The position numbers and the translations under genes are program-made. Below the pieces are notes generated by a model. That model saw only the letters and a list, made by a program, of their open reading frames with translations, was not told the origin of the DNA and did no database searches. Positions 17,113-25,096 of a stretch of DNA of 41,114 nucleotides are shown piece after piece. Source of the stretch: Candidatus Micrarchaeota archaeon (GTDB lineage Archaea; Micrarchaeota; Micrarchaeia; Norongarragalinales; Norongarragalinaceae); the NCBI GenBank assembly GCA_018304285.1, contig JAGVWL010000036.1:1-41114 (forward strand), written 5' to 3'. Position 1 is the stretch's first letter. Every line of letters starts with the position of its first letter.

Positions 17113-17676
17113 ATGCGTGTTTTCAAGCACGGCGATGCACTGGCAATAGTATTTCCTCAAAGCATAGCCGGCGCGAGCGGCATCAAGGAAGGGGAAGAGC
17201 TCGAATTCGTGGAAATAGAGAAAGGGCTTTTCGTGCTCGCGCGGAAGGAAAAGCTTGCCGAAGCGCTGAAGCCACGCGTCGAACAGGCTTTCGCTTCTTC
17301 GGCTGCGGCGCAGCCGCGGCAGCCGGAACAATCTGGCTTGGCTGCGTTCTTCAAGCGCGAGCTCGACTCTAAAGGTTTTGTCGTTGTGTTTGCGGAGAAG
17401 GGCGCGCAGGAAGTCTCGGTCGCGCTGGAGAAAGAGTTCAAGAGCGGCGCCATCCGCGGGACCAGGGGCTTCGACAGCAAGTTTTACCTTGCGAAGAGAA
17501 CGTTCGTGGAGGAAAGCTCGCCGAAACTCTTGAAGCAGCTGCAATCGCCTTCTTCAGTCGAACAGCTGGCTGAAAAAACGCGTTTGCCCGAAGACGCCGT
17601 GAAAGCGCTGCTGTGCATTTTGATGGAAGAGGGCGAAGTGATAGAAAAGAAGAAGGGGCTTTTCACTTGCGCTTGA
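17113..17676 (+). CDS. AbrB/MazE-type DNA-binding domain fused to a C-terminal winged-helix domain
   Basis: RVFKHGDALAIVFPQSIAGASGIKEGEELEF (swapped hairpin); SVEQLAEKTRLPEDAVKALLCILMEEGEVIEKKKGLF (wHTH); SD AAGGTGG. Confidence 0.8.
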   Translation: MRVFKHGDALAIVFPQSIAGASGIKEGEELEFVEIEKGLFVLARKEKLAEALKPRVEQAFASSAAAQPRQPEQSGLAAFFKRELDSKGFVVVFAEKGAQEVSVALEKEFKSGAIRGTRGFDSKFYLAKRTFVEESSPKLLKQLQSPSSVEQLAEKTRLPEDAVKALLCILMEEGEVIEKKKGLFTCA

Positions 17677-17678
17677 AA

Positions 17679-17837
17679 TCAGCGCATGGCTATCTTCAAA
17701 ATTATTTCCAGCAGCACCAAGCCTATCGCAATGCCCAAAACCACTTTGGCGTCAAGCTGGATTTTGGACGCGGAAACGTCGTAAAAGCGCATTATTCCCG
17801 CCGAAGAAGTCGGCGTTTGAATCTTGTCGTCGGCCAT
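17679..17837 (-). CDS. secG: Preprotein translocase subunit SecG / Sec61beta (52 aa)
   Basis: MADDKIQTPTSSAGIMRFYDVSASKIQLDAKVVLGIAIGLVLLEIILKIAMR carries the SSAG.MRFY..... KI.L signature plus one TM helix; not in the ORF track. Confidence 0.9.
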   Translation of the reverse strand: MADDKIQTPTSSAGIMRFYDVSASKIQLDAKVVLGIAIGLVLLEIILKIAMR

Positions 17838-17915
17838 TTTCAAATCCCTTTTTTATCGCCCGCGCAATCGCGGAGAAACCAACTAATTTAAACCAACCGC
17901 AATTTAAATTATCGT

Positions 17916-18860
17916 ATGGCCCGATTTGCAGCGCAGGAAACGCCAGTGGAGCAGTTGGAAAAACTGATTCCGAATTTGATTATCCTCGTTATCCTCCTCC
18001 TGGCTTTGCTTACGGTTTTGACGAAATTCGGGTGGGTGCACTGCACTCAAGTGCCCGTGTTCAACTGGTGCGACGTGTACTGCCCTTACGTCGAGGGCGG
18101 AAAATCGCGTGTTGCCGTGCTGTACGGCACGGACGGCATGGGCGACCCGCAGGCTTTGCGCGCTTTGCTGGGAAGGCAGAGGGGTTTCACGCTCGTTGAA
18201 CCGCTTGAGGGTACGGAACTGTCGGCGGGGATTTTGAAGAAATACGATTTGGTGGTCGTGGAGCACTTCAAAACGGCTTCGACCAGGCAAGTGGATGCGA
18301 TCATAGGCTATTTGGATGCAGGGGGGACTGTTGTTTGGATAGGCGATGCATTCTCCAGCCAGTACGTAGACGAATTCGACTTGCTCAAGGCAGGGCAATT
18401 GAACGATAGCTTTTACTCGAACCTCGTTTCCGCTAACGTAACTCCGGGAAGCAAAGAGTGGAACGACGCTTGGAATGCAGCGAAGAAACAGACTTGGTAC
18501 AAATACTTGTACAACAAAACTTCGCTCAGGGGATTCGACGTGCTGGAAGATTATTTGCGCGCTCGGTACAACGGCACCATAAAATCCGCCAAGACCGAGC
18601 TTAAGATCGTGGACCCGGCCCACCCGCTCGTGAAAGGCTTGTTCAAGCAATTCCCAATCTCTTCAGAGGAATTCGTGAGGGTGTACCCCGACGCGAGCGG
18701 AATAAACCTTGTTGCTCAAGTGGTTGCGCCGGGTGGCGTTTATCCGGGGATTCTGGAAACGCGTTATGCCGGAAAAATAATTTACGTCGCCTTCCCCCTC
18801 GAGGAAGTGGACTCCCCAACGCTTTTGGTCAACCTTTTGGACTACTTGGCCTCCTGTTAA
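17916..18860 (+). CDS. Membrane-anchored protein with class I glutamine amidotransferase-like/ThuA-like domain (paralog A)
   Basis: N-terminal TM; LKKYDLVVV, YLDAGGTVVWIGDA, IVDPAHPLVKGL, GKIIYVAF, LLVNLLDYL. Confidence 0.75.
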   Translation: MARFAAQETPVEQLEKLIPNLIILVILLLALLTVLTKFGWVHCTQVPVFNWCDVYCPYVEGGKSRVAVLYGTDGMGDPQALRALLGRQRGFTLVEPLEGTELSAGILKKYDLVVVEHFKTASTRQVDAIIGYLDAGGTVVWIGDAFSSQYVDEFDLLKAGQLNDSFYSNLVSANVTPGSKEWNDAWNAAKKQTWYKYLYNKTSLRGFDVLEDYLRARYNGTIKSAKTELKIVDPAHPLVKGLFKQFPISSEEFVRVYPDASGINLVAQVVAPGGVYPGILETRYAGKIIYVAFPLEEVDSPTLLVNLLDYLASC

Positions 18861-18890
18861 GTGCGGATTAGTCTAAACTCCGTCGGGGTG

Positions 18891-18907
18891 AAAAAAACCT
18901 TTATAAA
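18891..18907 (+). promoter_or_regulatory. Putative BRE/TATA promoter of paralog B
   Basis: AAAAAAACC then TTTATAAA (18900-18907); SD AAGGTGAT before ATG 18945. Confidence 0.55.
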
Positions 18908-18944
18908 CTCCCCTTGACAGAAGGTTGTTAAGGTGATGTTTTAA

Positions 18945-19772
18945 ATGAATCGCAAACGTGGGCAGCAGTCTTACGCTGAAAGCGTCATTCCTATTATCTT
19001 AATCATAATCCTCGCTTTGTTCATCGCTGCAAAACTAGGTTATATTGACTTGAGTTCAATGCCTCTCGTCGGAGGCTTGTTCCCGCAGTCGTACATCCGC
19101 ATTGCCATAGTCGGCTCTCCTTCGCCCCAGTTGAATGACTTTTTGCGGAGCGAGCAATACCGCCTTGCGGGCGTTTCTTACGCAGTTCCCATCCGCCAGG
19201 AAGCGATTTACCCCGGCGTTTTGAAGAACTTTGACATTATCTTACTGCAGAACAGCCGCGTGTGCGACCGGACTGCGAGAAAGGAAATCACCAACGCCGT
19301 CAAGAGCGGAAAGAAGCTCATCGTGATTGGCGACGCTTGCACTGCAGTGACTGACGACCCGACTGCCGCAGGCTGGGATGTTGGATTGGGATTGCTCGGG
19401 GACGTAATGCCCGTAACTTGGGGCGGAAACTTGTTCCACGAGCGCGGTCAGACTATCGTGAACGTCAGGCAGGGCAAATTCCAGATTATCGAGCAGGACC
19501 ACCCGATTTTCAACGGGATTTTGAACCACGGCGTGTTCGAAGACACTTACACGAACGTGTATCCCAAGGCGAATTCGGGAGTGCTTGCGTTGGTCGAGGA
19601 GTTCGGCGGAAGGCCGACGAGCGCCGTAACCTACGCGATCATCGAGAGCAAGGGATTGCTGCAGAGCGGAAAGACGATTTACTTTTCCTTTGATCCAGCA
19701 ACCGCAAACCCGACCGGGCAATACCACCTGCTCTTGAACACTCTGCTCTACTTGAAGGGCGCAAAGGGCTAA
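18945..19772 (+). CDS. Class III (pilin-like) signal peptide protein with GATase1/ThuA-like domain (paralog B)
   Basis: MNRKRG|QQSYAE then hydrophobic helix; LKNFDIILLQ, GKKLIVIGDA, IIEQDHPIFNGI, GKTIYFSFDP, LLLNTLLYL. Confidence 0.75.
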   Translation: MNRKRGQQSYAESVIPIILIIILALFIAAKLGYIDLSSMPLVGGLFPQSYIRIAIVGSPSPQLNDFLRSEQYRLAGVSYAVPIRQEAIYPGVLKNFDIILLQNSRVCDRTARKEITNAVKSGKKLIVIGDACTAVTDDPTAAGWDVGLGLLGDVMPVTWGGNLFHERGQTIVNVRQGKFQIIEQDHPIFNGILNHGVFEDTYTNVYPKANSGVLALVEEFGGRPTSAVTYAIIESKGLLQSGKTIYFSFDPATANPTGQYHLLLNTLLYLKGAKG

Positions 19773-19841
19773 TTTTTCAAAAGCCCTTTTTTCTCTTTCT
19801 TTTTTATTTTCGTCCTCCCTTAGCGTAAGCAAGGTGGGCTT

Positions 19842-20309
19842 TTGATTGCAGGCGTGGACTTTGGAACGTGGCGAGCTTTCGCAGTGCTGGATTACGACGG
19901 GGGCGTCGTTGCAATAGAAAGCCGCAAGAACTGGACTCCAGACGCGTTCATCCAATCGCTCTCCGCCTTTTCCCCTTCCATAATCGCCTGCGACAAGATT
20001 CCCGTCCCCAAAAGCGTGAAGCTCTTGAAAAGCGTTTTTTCCGCGCGTTTGTTCAAGCCGCACAAGAGCATGACTGGCCTGCAGAAAGCATCGTTGACGC
20101 GCGACTTCAACGTGCATAACGAGCACGAGCGCGACGCGCTTGCTGCTGCGCTCAAGGCATTCCGTTCGCTCAAAAACAAGTTCGAGCTCGTGGAAAAGAA
20201 GGCTGGGGCAGCGGGGGTTGCGAAGGCGCGGTTGGGGGTGTTGAAGCGCCTGGTTTTGAGGGGAGAGACTGTGGACGGGGCTTTAAAGGCCGTTAAACTG
20301 ATGGCTTAA
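19842..20309 (+). CDS. DUF460 family protein (RNase H-like domain only)
   Basis: IAGVDFGT..AFAVLD.DG, PSIIACD..P.P.SV, NEHERDALAAA.KAF. Confidence 0.8.
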   Translation: MIAGVDFGTWRAFAVLDYDGGVVAIESRKNWTPDAFIQSLSAFSPSIIACDKIPVPKSVKLLKSVFSARLFKPHKSMTGLQKASLTRDFNVHNEHERDALAAALKAFRSLKNKFELVEKKAGAAGVAKARLGVLKRLVLRGETVDGALKAVKLMA

Positions 20310-20400
20310 AAACAAGTTTTTACTTTCTTCTTAAAGTCGGCAAGCCCGTTTTTTCGAGGCTTTCAAACGCAATACCAGGACGTCAGAGGTGGGGTTTAGC

Positions 20401-20718
20401 ATGGAAGAATCAGGACAACAACCGGAAATGCTGCCTTCAAGCGAGAGGCGGAGCGACGACACGATTTACATCGGCAAGAAAGACGTCATGAGCTACGTTC
20501 TCGCCGTAGTAACGCAGTTCAACCAAGGCGCCAACCACGTGAAGCTCAAGGCGCGCGGCAACATGATTTCGCGCGCGGTGGACGTGAGCCAAATAGTGAA
20601 AAACCGCTTCATCCAGGGCCTTCGCATTACGAATTTCGATGCGACGACTGAAGAGCTGCAGAGCGAGGACGGGTCGATGCGCAAGGTTTCTTCCCTTACG
20701 CTGACGCTGGAAAAGTAA
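20401..20718 (+). CDS. albA: DNA/RNA-binding protein Alba
   Basis: IYIGKK.VMSYVLAVVTQFN.G...V.LKARG..ISRAVDV. Confidence 0.95.
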   Translation: MEESGQQPEMLPSSERRSDDTIYIGKKDVMSYVLAVVTQFNQGANHVKLKARGNMISRAVDVSQIVKNRFIQGLRITNFDATTEELQSEDGSMRKVSSLTLTLEK

Positions 20719-20750
20719 AAAGCGGGCGTTTCCGCTTTCTTTTTATTTTC
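20719..20750 (+). terminator. Hairpin plus T-tract after alba
   Basis: AAAGCGG-GCGTTT-CCGCTTT followed by CTTTTTATTTT. Confidence 0.55.
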
Positions 20751-20791
20751 ACGCCAACCTAGTTTTATTGTTTCTTTTTGGGAAGTGAAGG

Positions 20792-20832
20792 TTTTCTTTG
20801 ATGAAGCTTTCTTTTTCCTAAAAGAAAGCTTC
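20792..20832. repeat. AT-rich hairpin element, copy A (immediately upstream of tRNA-Val)
   Basis: TTTTCTTTGAT then perfect 13-bp stem GAAGCTTTCTTTT-TCCT-AAAAGAAAGCTTC. Confidence 0.65.
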
Positions 20833-20833
20833 T

Positions 20834-20905
20834 GGGCTCGTAGTCGAATGGTAAGACGATCGCTTGACGTGCGATAGATTCGGGGTTCGATTCCCTGCGG
20901 GCCCA
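20834..20905 (+). tRNA. trnV: tRNA-Val(GAC), intronless
   Basis: GGGCTCG/CGGGCCC-A acceptor, ATCGC-TT-GAC-GT-GCGAT anticodon arm, CGGGG-TTCGATT-CCCTG T arm. Confidence 0.92.
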
Positions 20906-20920
20906 CTCGATTTTATCATC

Positions 20921-21220
20921 TCATTTGTTAGTCCCGTAATACTTGACCTGCCCCAATAGCAACGCGGTTGTGAAGAGCAGGTACGTCAATAAAAACGCGG
21001 CATCCGTAAGCATGAACCCCAAGTCAACAAGGTTCTTTTCTTCCGAAACCCGCAAGCCGAAACCGGCGAAAAACAACTGCAAGATGAACGACAGGCTGGC
21101 GAGAATTAATCTGCCGTTTTTCACTCCGAGCCCAGCCATGAACTTGTGGACAATCAAAATGAAAATTCCCGATATGCCGATTCCGGCTACGAGAAATTGC
21201 AATGCCGCAGTTAAACTCAT
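20921..21220 (-). CDS. Small integral membrane protein (about 3 TM), unknown function
   Basis: 99-aa ORF with three hydrophobic segments. Confidence 0.68.
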   Translation of the reverse strand: MSLTAALQFLVAGIGISGIFILIVHKFMAGLGVKNGRLILASLSFILQLFFAGFGLRVSEEKNLVDLGFMLTDAAFLLTYLLFTTALLLGQVKYYGTNK

Positions 21221-21312
21221 ATGTGAATTTTGCCGAGCGGACTTTTAATTCCGTTGCGAAATATTTCAAAAAATTTAGAAATATTTTCGTCCATTACTGC
21301 TTTTGGCGGCAT

Positions 21313-21471
21313 TCATTCTTCTTCCGCGAATTTCTTGATTTCATCGAAGTTTTCCACGATCAGCTTCGCCTTCTTCTTGCCGAAGCTGAACGGAAACCTT
21401 CCGTCCTGCTCCCCGTCCCCCTTCAAGACGATGAGCTTGTTTCCCTTGTATTCCCCGAATTCCACAGCCAT
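21313..21471 (-). CDS. Small hypothetical protein (52 aa)
   Basis: SD GAGGTG; MAVEFGEYKGNKLIVLKGDGEQDGRFPFSFGKKKAKLIVENFDEIKKFAEEE; genome-like codon usage; not in the ORF track. Confidence 0.8.
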   Translation of the reverse strand: MAVEFGEYKGNKLIVLKGDGEQDGRFPFSFGKKKAKLIVENFDEIKKFAEEE

Positions 21472-21490
21472 TTTTCAGCACCTCTAGTTT

Positions 21491-21934
21491 TCAAAGTTTC
21501 TTTTGTTTTCCAACAATCTTTTGTGCGAGCGAATCTAAATCCTTTTGCCCCGGCTCTTTCCGCATTTCCGTTTCCCTCACGCCCACGTTCTTGAACAACT
21601 GGTCCCAGCTTTTCCGCGGCAAAAGGTGAAAGTGCACGTGTTCTTTTGCTAACCGCGTCTCGGGAACGAAAGGCCTGTAGTGCTGGCGCAAGTCCACTCC
21701 CCCGCAAGGCAGGTTTTTCAGCAAAAGCCGTTCCGTGTCGACGATGAGGTCGAAAACCGAGTGCAGCTCTTCTTTGTTGAAATCCCACAGCGCCTTGTGG
21801 TGGGTTTTGGGAATGACGAGCGTGTGGCCTTCCATGATTGGGAAAGCGTCTAGAATGGCGATGGCGTTTTTGTTTTCGCCGAGCTTTGCGCTGTGCGCCT
21901 TGCCTTCGGCAATGCTGCAGAAAACGCACTCCAT
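21491..21934 (-). CDS. HIT family nucleotide hydrolase
   Basis: CVFC.I, AILDAFP..EGHTLVIPK.H, histidine triad HVHFH. Confidence 0.93.
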   Translation of the reverse strand: MECVFCSIAEGKAHSAKLGENKNAIAILDAFPIMEGHTLVIPKTHHKALWDFNKEELHSVFDLIVDTERLLLKNLPCGGVDLRQHYRPFVPETRLAKEHVHFHLLPRKSWDQLFKNVGVRETEMRKEPGQKDLDSLAQKIVGKQKKL

Positions 21935-21961
21935 TCTTCTCCCCACCGTTTTCTCTCCGCA

Positions 21962-22006
21962 AACTTTTCTTTACTTAATTTTTCTTTTTGCGAAAAAGAA
22001 AAATTA
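21962..22006. repeat. AT-rich hairpin element, copy B (3' flank of tRNA-Ala)
   Basis: AACTTTTCTTTACT overlapping/preceding perfect 14-bp stem TAATTTTTCTTTTT-GCG-AAAAAGAAAAATTA. Confidence 0.75.
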
Positions 22007-22007
22007 G

Positions 22008-22132
22008 TGGACTCGGCGGGATTTGAACCCGCAGCCTCATGCATTACGGTTGGAACCTTTCTTTACTGAATTTTTCTTTTGCAAAGAAAAATTCCTTGCC
22101 ATGCATGCGATCTGCCGTTGATCTACGAGCCC
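22008..22132 (-). tRNA. trnA: tRNA-Ala(GGC) with a 53-nt intron at position 37/38 (intron 22044-22096)
   Basis: GGGCTCG/CGAGTCC-A acceptor, GATC/GATC D stem, CATGC-AT-GGC-A|T-GCATG anticodon arm, GCGGG-TTCAAAT-CCCGC T arm; BHB helix ATGG/CCGT with 3-nt bulges. Confidence 0.92.
22054..22094. repeat. AT-rich hairpin element, copy C (inside the tRNA-Ala intron)
   Basis: AACCTTTCTTTACT then 12-bp stem GAATTTTTCTTT-TGC-AAAGAAAAATTC; near-copy of 21962-22006. Confidence 0.75.
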
Positions 22133-22188
22133 GTTCGGTAAATAGTTCTGTGGCTAGTCTTTTAAATCGCTTTTCGAGAAGCGGGCGT

Positions 22189-22434
<246 letters not shown>

Positions 22435-22515
22435 TTAAAAAAAACTATTAATGCAATGCGCATTTGTTTTTAACCGTTTTGCTGAATGCGTTGGGCGCGC
22501 GCCGGGAATGCAAAA

Positions 22516-23295
22516 TTATTTTTTTCCGAAAAGGTTTTTGAAAAACCCGACGATCCCCGCGAGAAAGCCCCGCTTTTCCGTCGGCGCTTGCATTTGCTCG
22601 CCGGTTATTTGCGTTGCCAGGCTCCTGAGCGCGCGCGCGAAATTGCTCGAAGGCGCGGAGAGCACGACCGGCTTTTGCAGTGCTGAAGCCCTGCGCACTT
22701 CCAAATCTTCCGGCAGCACGCCGAGGTTTTTGAGCTTGAGTATGGTTTCAAGCTCGCGCGGCTTTATTTCGTTCTTTTCGCCCAAAACCATGTTGAGCAC
22801 GAAGCCGTTGATTTTCACGTTGTTTTTCTCGGCGAGAATCTGCACTTTCAAGGCGTCGGCGAGGGAAATGGGCTCGGGAGTGATGACTAAAACCATTTCT
22901 TTTGCGGACGTGATTGCCGCGAGGGCGTCGGGCCCCAAGCCCGGCGGGCAGTCTATCAAAACGTAATCGTAAATTTCTTCCAGGCGCTTGACCGCCTTCT
23001 TGAGCACGGAATAATTCAGGTTGTCGCTTTCGGCCGAAATGCTCGCGGGCACGTACTTCATTCCCGCAGGCCCTTCGTAAACCGCTTCGGTAATCACGTT
23101 TTCCTCGCGCAGGACGTTGTTGAGCGAAATGGGCGTCTTGTCCACGCCAATCATCAGCCCGATGTTCGCCATTTGCACGTCGGCGTCGACGATTACGACT
23201 TTCTTTCCCGCTTGCGCCAAGAGCAAGCTCAAGTTTAGGGTGATGGTGCTTTTGCCCACTCCCCCTTTTCCCGATGCGAATACCAAGCTCGTCAT
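22516..23295 (-). CDS. minD: Archaeal MinD-family ATPase
   Basis: ASGKGGVGKST, VDADVQMAN, YDYVLIDCPPG, PEPISLADA, LPEDLEVR.A; C-terminal amphipathic GFLAGIVGFFKNLFGKK membrane-targeting helix. Confidence 0.92.
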   Translation of the reverse strand: MTSLVFASGKGGVGKSTITLNLSLLLAQAGKKVVIVDADVQMANIGLMIGVDKTPISLNNVLREENVITEAVYEGPAGMKYVPASISAESDNLNYSVLKKAVKRLEEIYDYVLIDCPPGLGPDALAAITSAKEMVLVITPEPISLADALKVQILAEKNNVKINGFVLNMVLGEKNEIKPRELETILKLKNLGVLPEDLEVRRASALQKPVVLSAPSSNFARALRSLATQITGEQMQAPTEKRGFLAGIVGFFKNLFGKK

Positions 23296-23795
23296 TGTGC
23301 CTCGAGTCCTCCCATTCCGTATTTCTTGAGCAAGTCTTCCCTGCTTTCGCTTTTTTCTTTCGGCTGTTGCGAGACAACCTCTTGTTCGAATATCGGCGAG
23401 AATTCTTTTATGCTGACTCCTTCCATTTGTTTCTGGTCGGGCACGTAAATCATTTTTTCATTGACCGCCAAAACCAGCTCAACTTGTTCGGGCGTCAGTT
23501 CCACGACGTCCATCGTTCCTATTGCCGCGGCAGCTGCGTTCAAAACGCGCTGGAACGCCTGCGCGCCCTGCATTTCCTTCGCGTGCTTGAAATATTCGTA
23601 AGCGCAGCCCACGATTTTACCGGAATCAAGCAGAACCGTGCCTTCCTCGAAGCCGCCGGCGCCTTTGACGCACAACGCGACATACCCGCTGAAGTTTTTT
23701 TTCTGGAGCTGCACCAGCGCCTTAAGAAAATCGATGCTTCCCGCATCCACGTTCTTGCTCAGCATTTTTCCGGCAGGAAGGCTTACCATTCTCAT
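23292..23795 (-). CDS. DUF2226-like protein
   Basis: LP.GK, NFSGYVAL..KG..GFEEG.VLLD.GKIVG..YE, DVVELT.EQVEL...NE, terminal SREDLLKKYG; ATGA overlaps with both neighbours. Confidence 0.72.
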   Translation of the reverse strand: MRMVSLPAGKMLSKNVDAGSIDFLKALVQLQKKNFSGYVALCVKGAGGFEEGTVLLDSGKIVGCAYEYFKHAKEMQGAQAFQRVLNAAAAAIGTMDVVELTPEQVELVLAVNEKMIYVPDQKQMEGVSIKEFSPIFEQEVVSQQPKEKSESREDLLKKYGMGGLEAQ

Positions 23796-24250
23796 TCCCT
23801 CAAGTCGATTACTACGTCCGCAGTATTGCGCAACGCTGTTGAAAAGTCGGGCTCAAGGCCCACGACAATCGTTTCTTTCCCGTGCTCCTTTGCTTTGGCA
23901 AGCAAAGGCTTGAAGTCGCTGTCGCGCGATACGACCGCAATCACGTCTATCGTGTCGTTAAAAATCGCTTCGCTCGCTTCTACTGCAAGGGCAACGTCCA
24001 CGTCGCTCGGGACTATGGTGACGTCGAAACCCTGGTTTGTCACGGCTTCGATGAGCTTGTCCGACGCGTATTGGTCCAAAAGCACGCGCGCAATCTTGAT
24101 TTGCCCGTACTTCGACAGTTTTTTCTTGACTTTGTCTAAATCCACGCCCAGTTCCTTGCGCAGGATGTTAGGCCCGTCGACGAAGCACGCGATGTTTTTC
24201 TTGTGCTCCTTGTTCAGCGCTTCCTTCATCTTGTCGAAAAAACTAGCCAT
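23792..24250 (-). CDS. NYN domain (PIN-like) protein, TIGR00288 type
   Basis: FVDGPNILRKE, ASDKLIEAV.NQG, DVDV.LAVEA, SRDSDF.P, GKETIVVG.EP.FS.AL.N.AD. Confidence 0.9.
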   Translation of the reverse strand: MASFFDKMKEALNKEHKKNIACFVDGPNILRKELGVDLDKVKKKLSKYGQIKIARVLLDQYASDKLIEAVTNQGFDVTIVPSDVDVALAVEASEAIFNDTIDVIAVVSRDSDFKPLLAKAKEHGKETIVVGLEPDFSTALRNTADVVIDLRE

Positions 24251-24266
24251 GAGCAAACACCTTCAC

Positions 24267-25010
24267 TCAAGCCTTCCCGGCTTTAGTGATTTTCTTGAAG
24301 TTTTCGTATATCGTTAGCTCCACTTCCTTTAAAGGCATTTTCCTTAATTCAGCCAGCCGCCCGTACGAAACCAAGACGTTGGAAGGCTCGTTCCTGTCCG
24401 GAGTGTTCAGGCCATACGGCGAGTCTGTTTCCAAAAGCATCCTGTCCAGCGGAGTGTTCCTGAAAATTTTCTTTTGCTCCTTGCTTTTGATTGTGGGAAT
24501 GCTCACGTACATCCCGCAATCTAACGCTTTGGTCAAAAGCTTGGGCTCGAGCCAGAAATGCAAAATGCGGGGCATGGTGTACGAACAAACGATGTCGATT
24601 ACTTGCGCTTCGGCGTCGCGCGTGTGCATTACCACCGGCTTGCCGAGCTTTTGCGCTAGCTCGAGTTGCGCGACGAACGCCTTTTCCTGCGCTTTGTGCT
24701 GCGCAGGGTCTTTGAAGTGGTGGAAGTCCATTCCTATCTCGCCGATGGCGATTGCTTGGCGTGCATTTTGTTCGATGAAAGCCAGTTCTTTTTCTATATC
24801 CGCGTTAGGCACGTCGTGGGGGCTCAAGCCTATTGCGGCGCGCAACGATTTGCCATGCAACGCCGTTTGCTCCAACGCTTTGGCGTTTCCCTCGATGTTG
24901 AAGCCCGTGTTTACCGCAAGCACGTTTTTTTCGAGCATCCGCTCGACTATCCTGATTATGCCTTTCGCGAAAGCGGGATGGTTCAAATGGCAGTGGAAAT
25001 CGATGAACAT
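24267..25010 (-). CDS. tatD: TatD family metal-dependent nuclease
   Basis: IDFHCHL, GLSPH, AIGEIGMD, PVVMHTRDA, ILHF, LLETDSPY. Confidence 0.93.
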   Translation of the reverse strand: MFIDFHCHLNHPAFAKGIIRIVERMLEKNVLAVNTGFNIEGNAKALEQTALHGKSLRAAIGLSPHDVPNADIEKELAFIEQNARQAIAIGEIGMDFHHFKDPAQHKAQEKAFVAQLELAQKLGKPVVMHTRDAEAQVIDIVCSYTMPRILHFWLEPKLLTKALDCGMYVSIPTIKSKEQKKIFRNTPLDRMLLETDSPYGLNTPDRNEPSNVLVSYGRLAELRKMPLKEVELTIYENFKKITKAGKA

Positions 25011-25096
25011 GCCTTTTTCACTCGTTTTAAAAACTTGTCGAACTAAATACTTCAGTCTGTTTATATTTGCTTTTTGGGAGAAGGGTGGTTCACAAC

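Noticed and set aside
20749..20759. TCACGCCAACC after both alba and aIF-5A (25511-25521)
   Set aside because: An 11-nt match with only two copies cannot be separated from chance
20799..20833. C/D box sRNA suggested by TGATGA
   Set aside because: No matching CTGA D box or guide region; the sequence is part of the hairpin element
20792..22096. CRISPR array interpretation of the hairpin repeats
   Set aside because: Only three non-identical, irregularly spaced copies with no spacer periodicity and no cas genes
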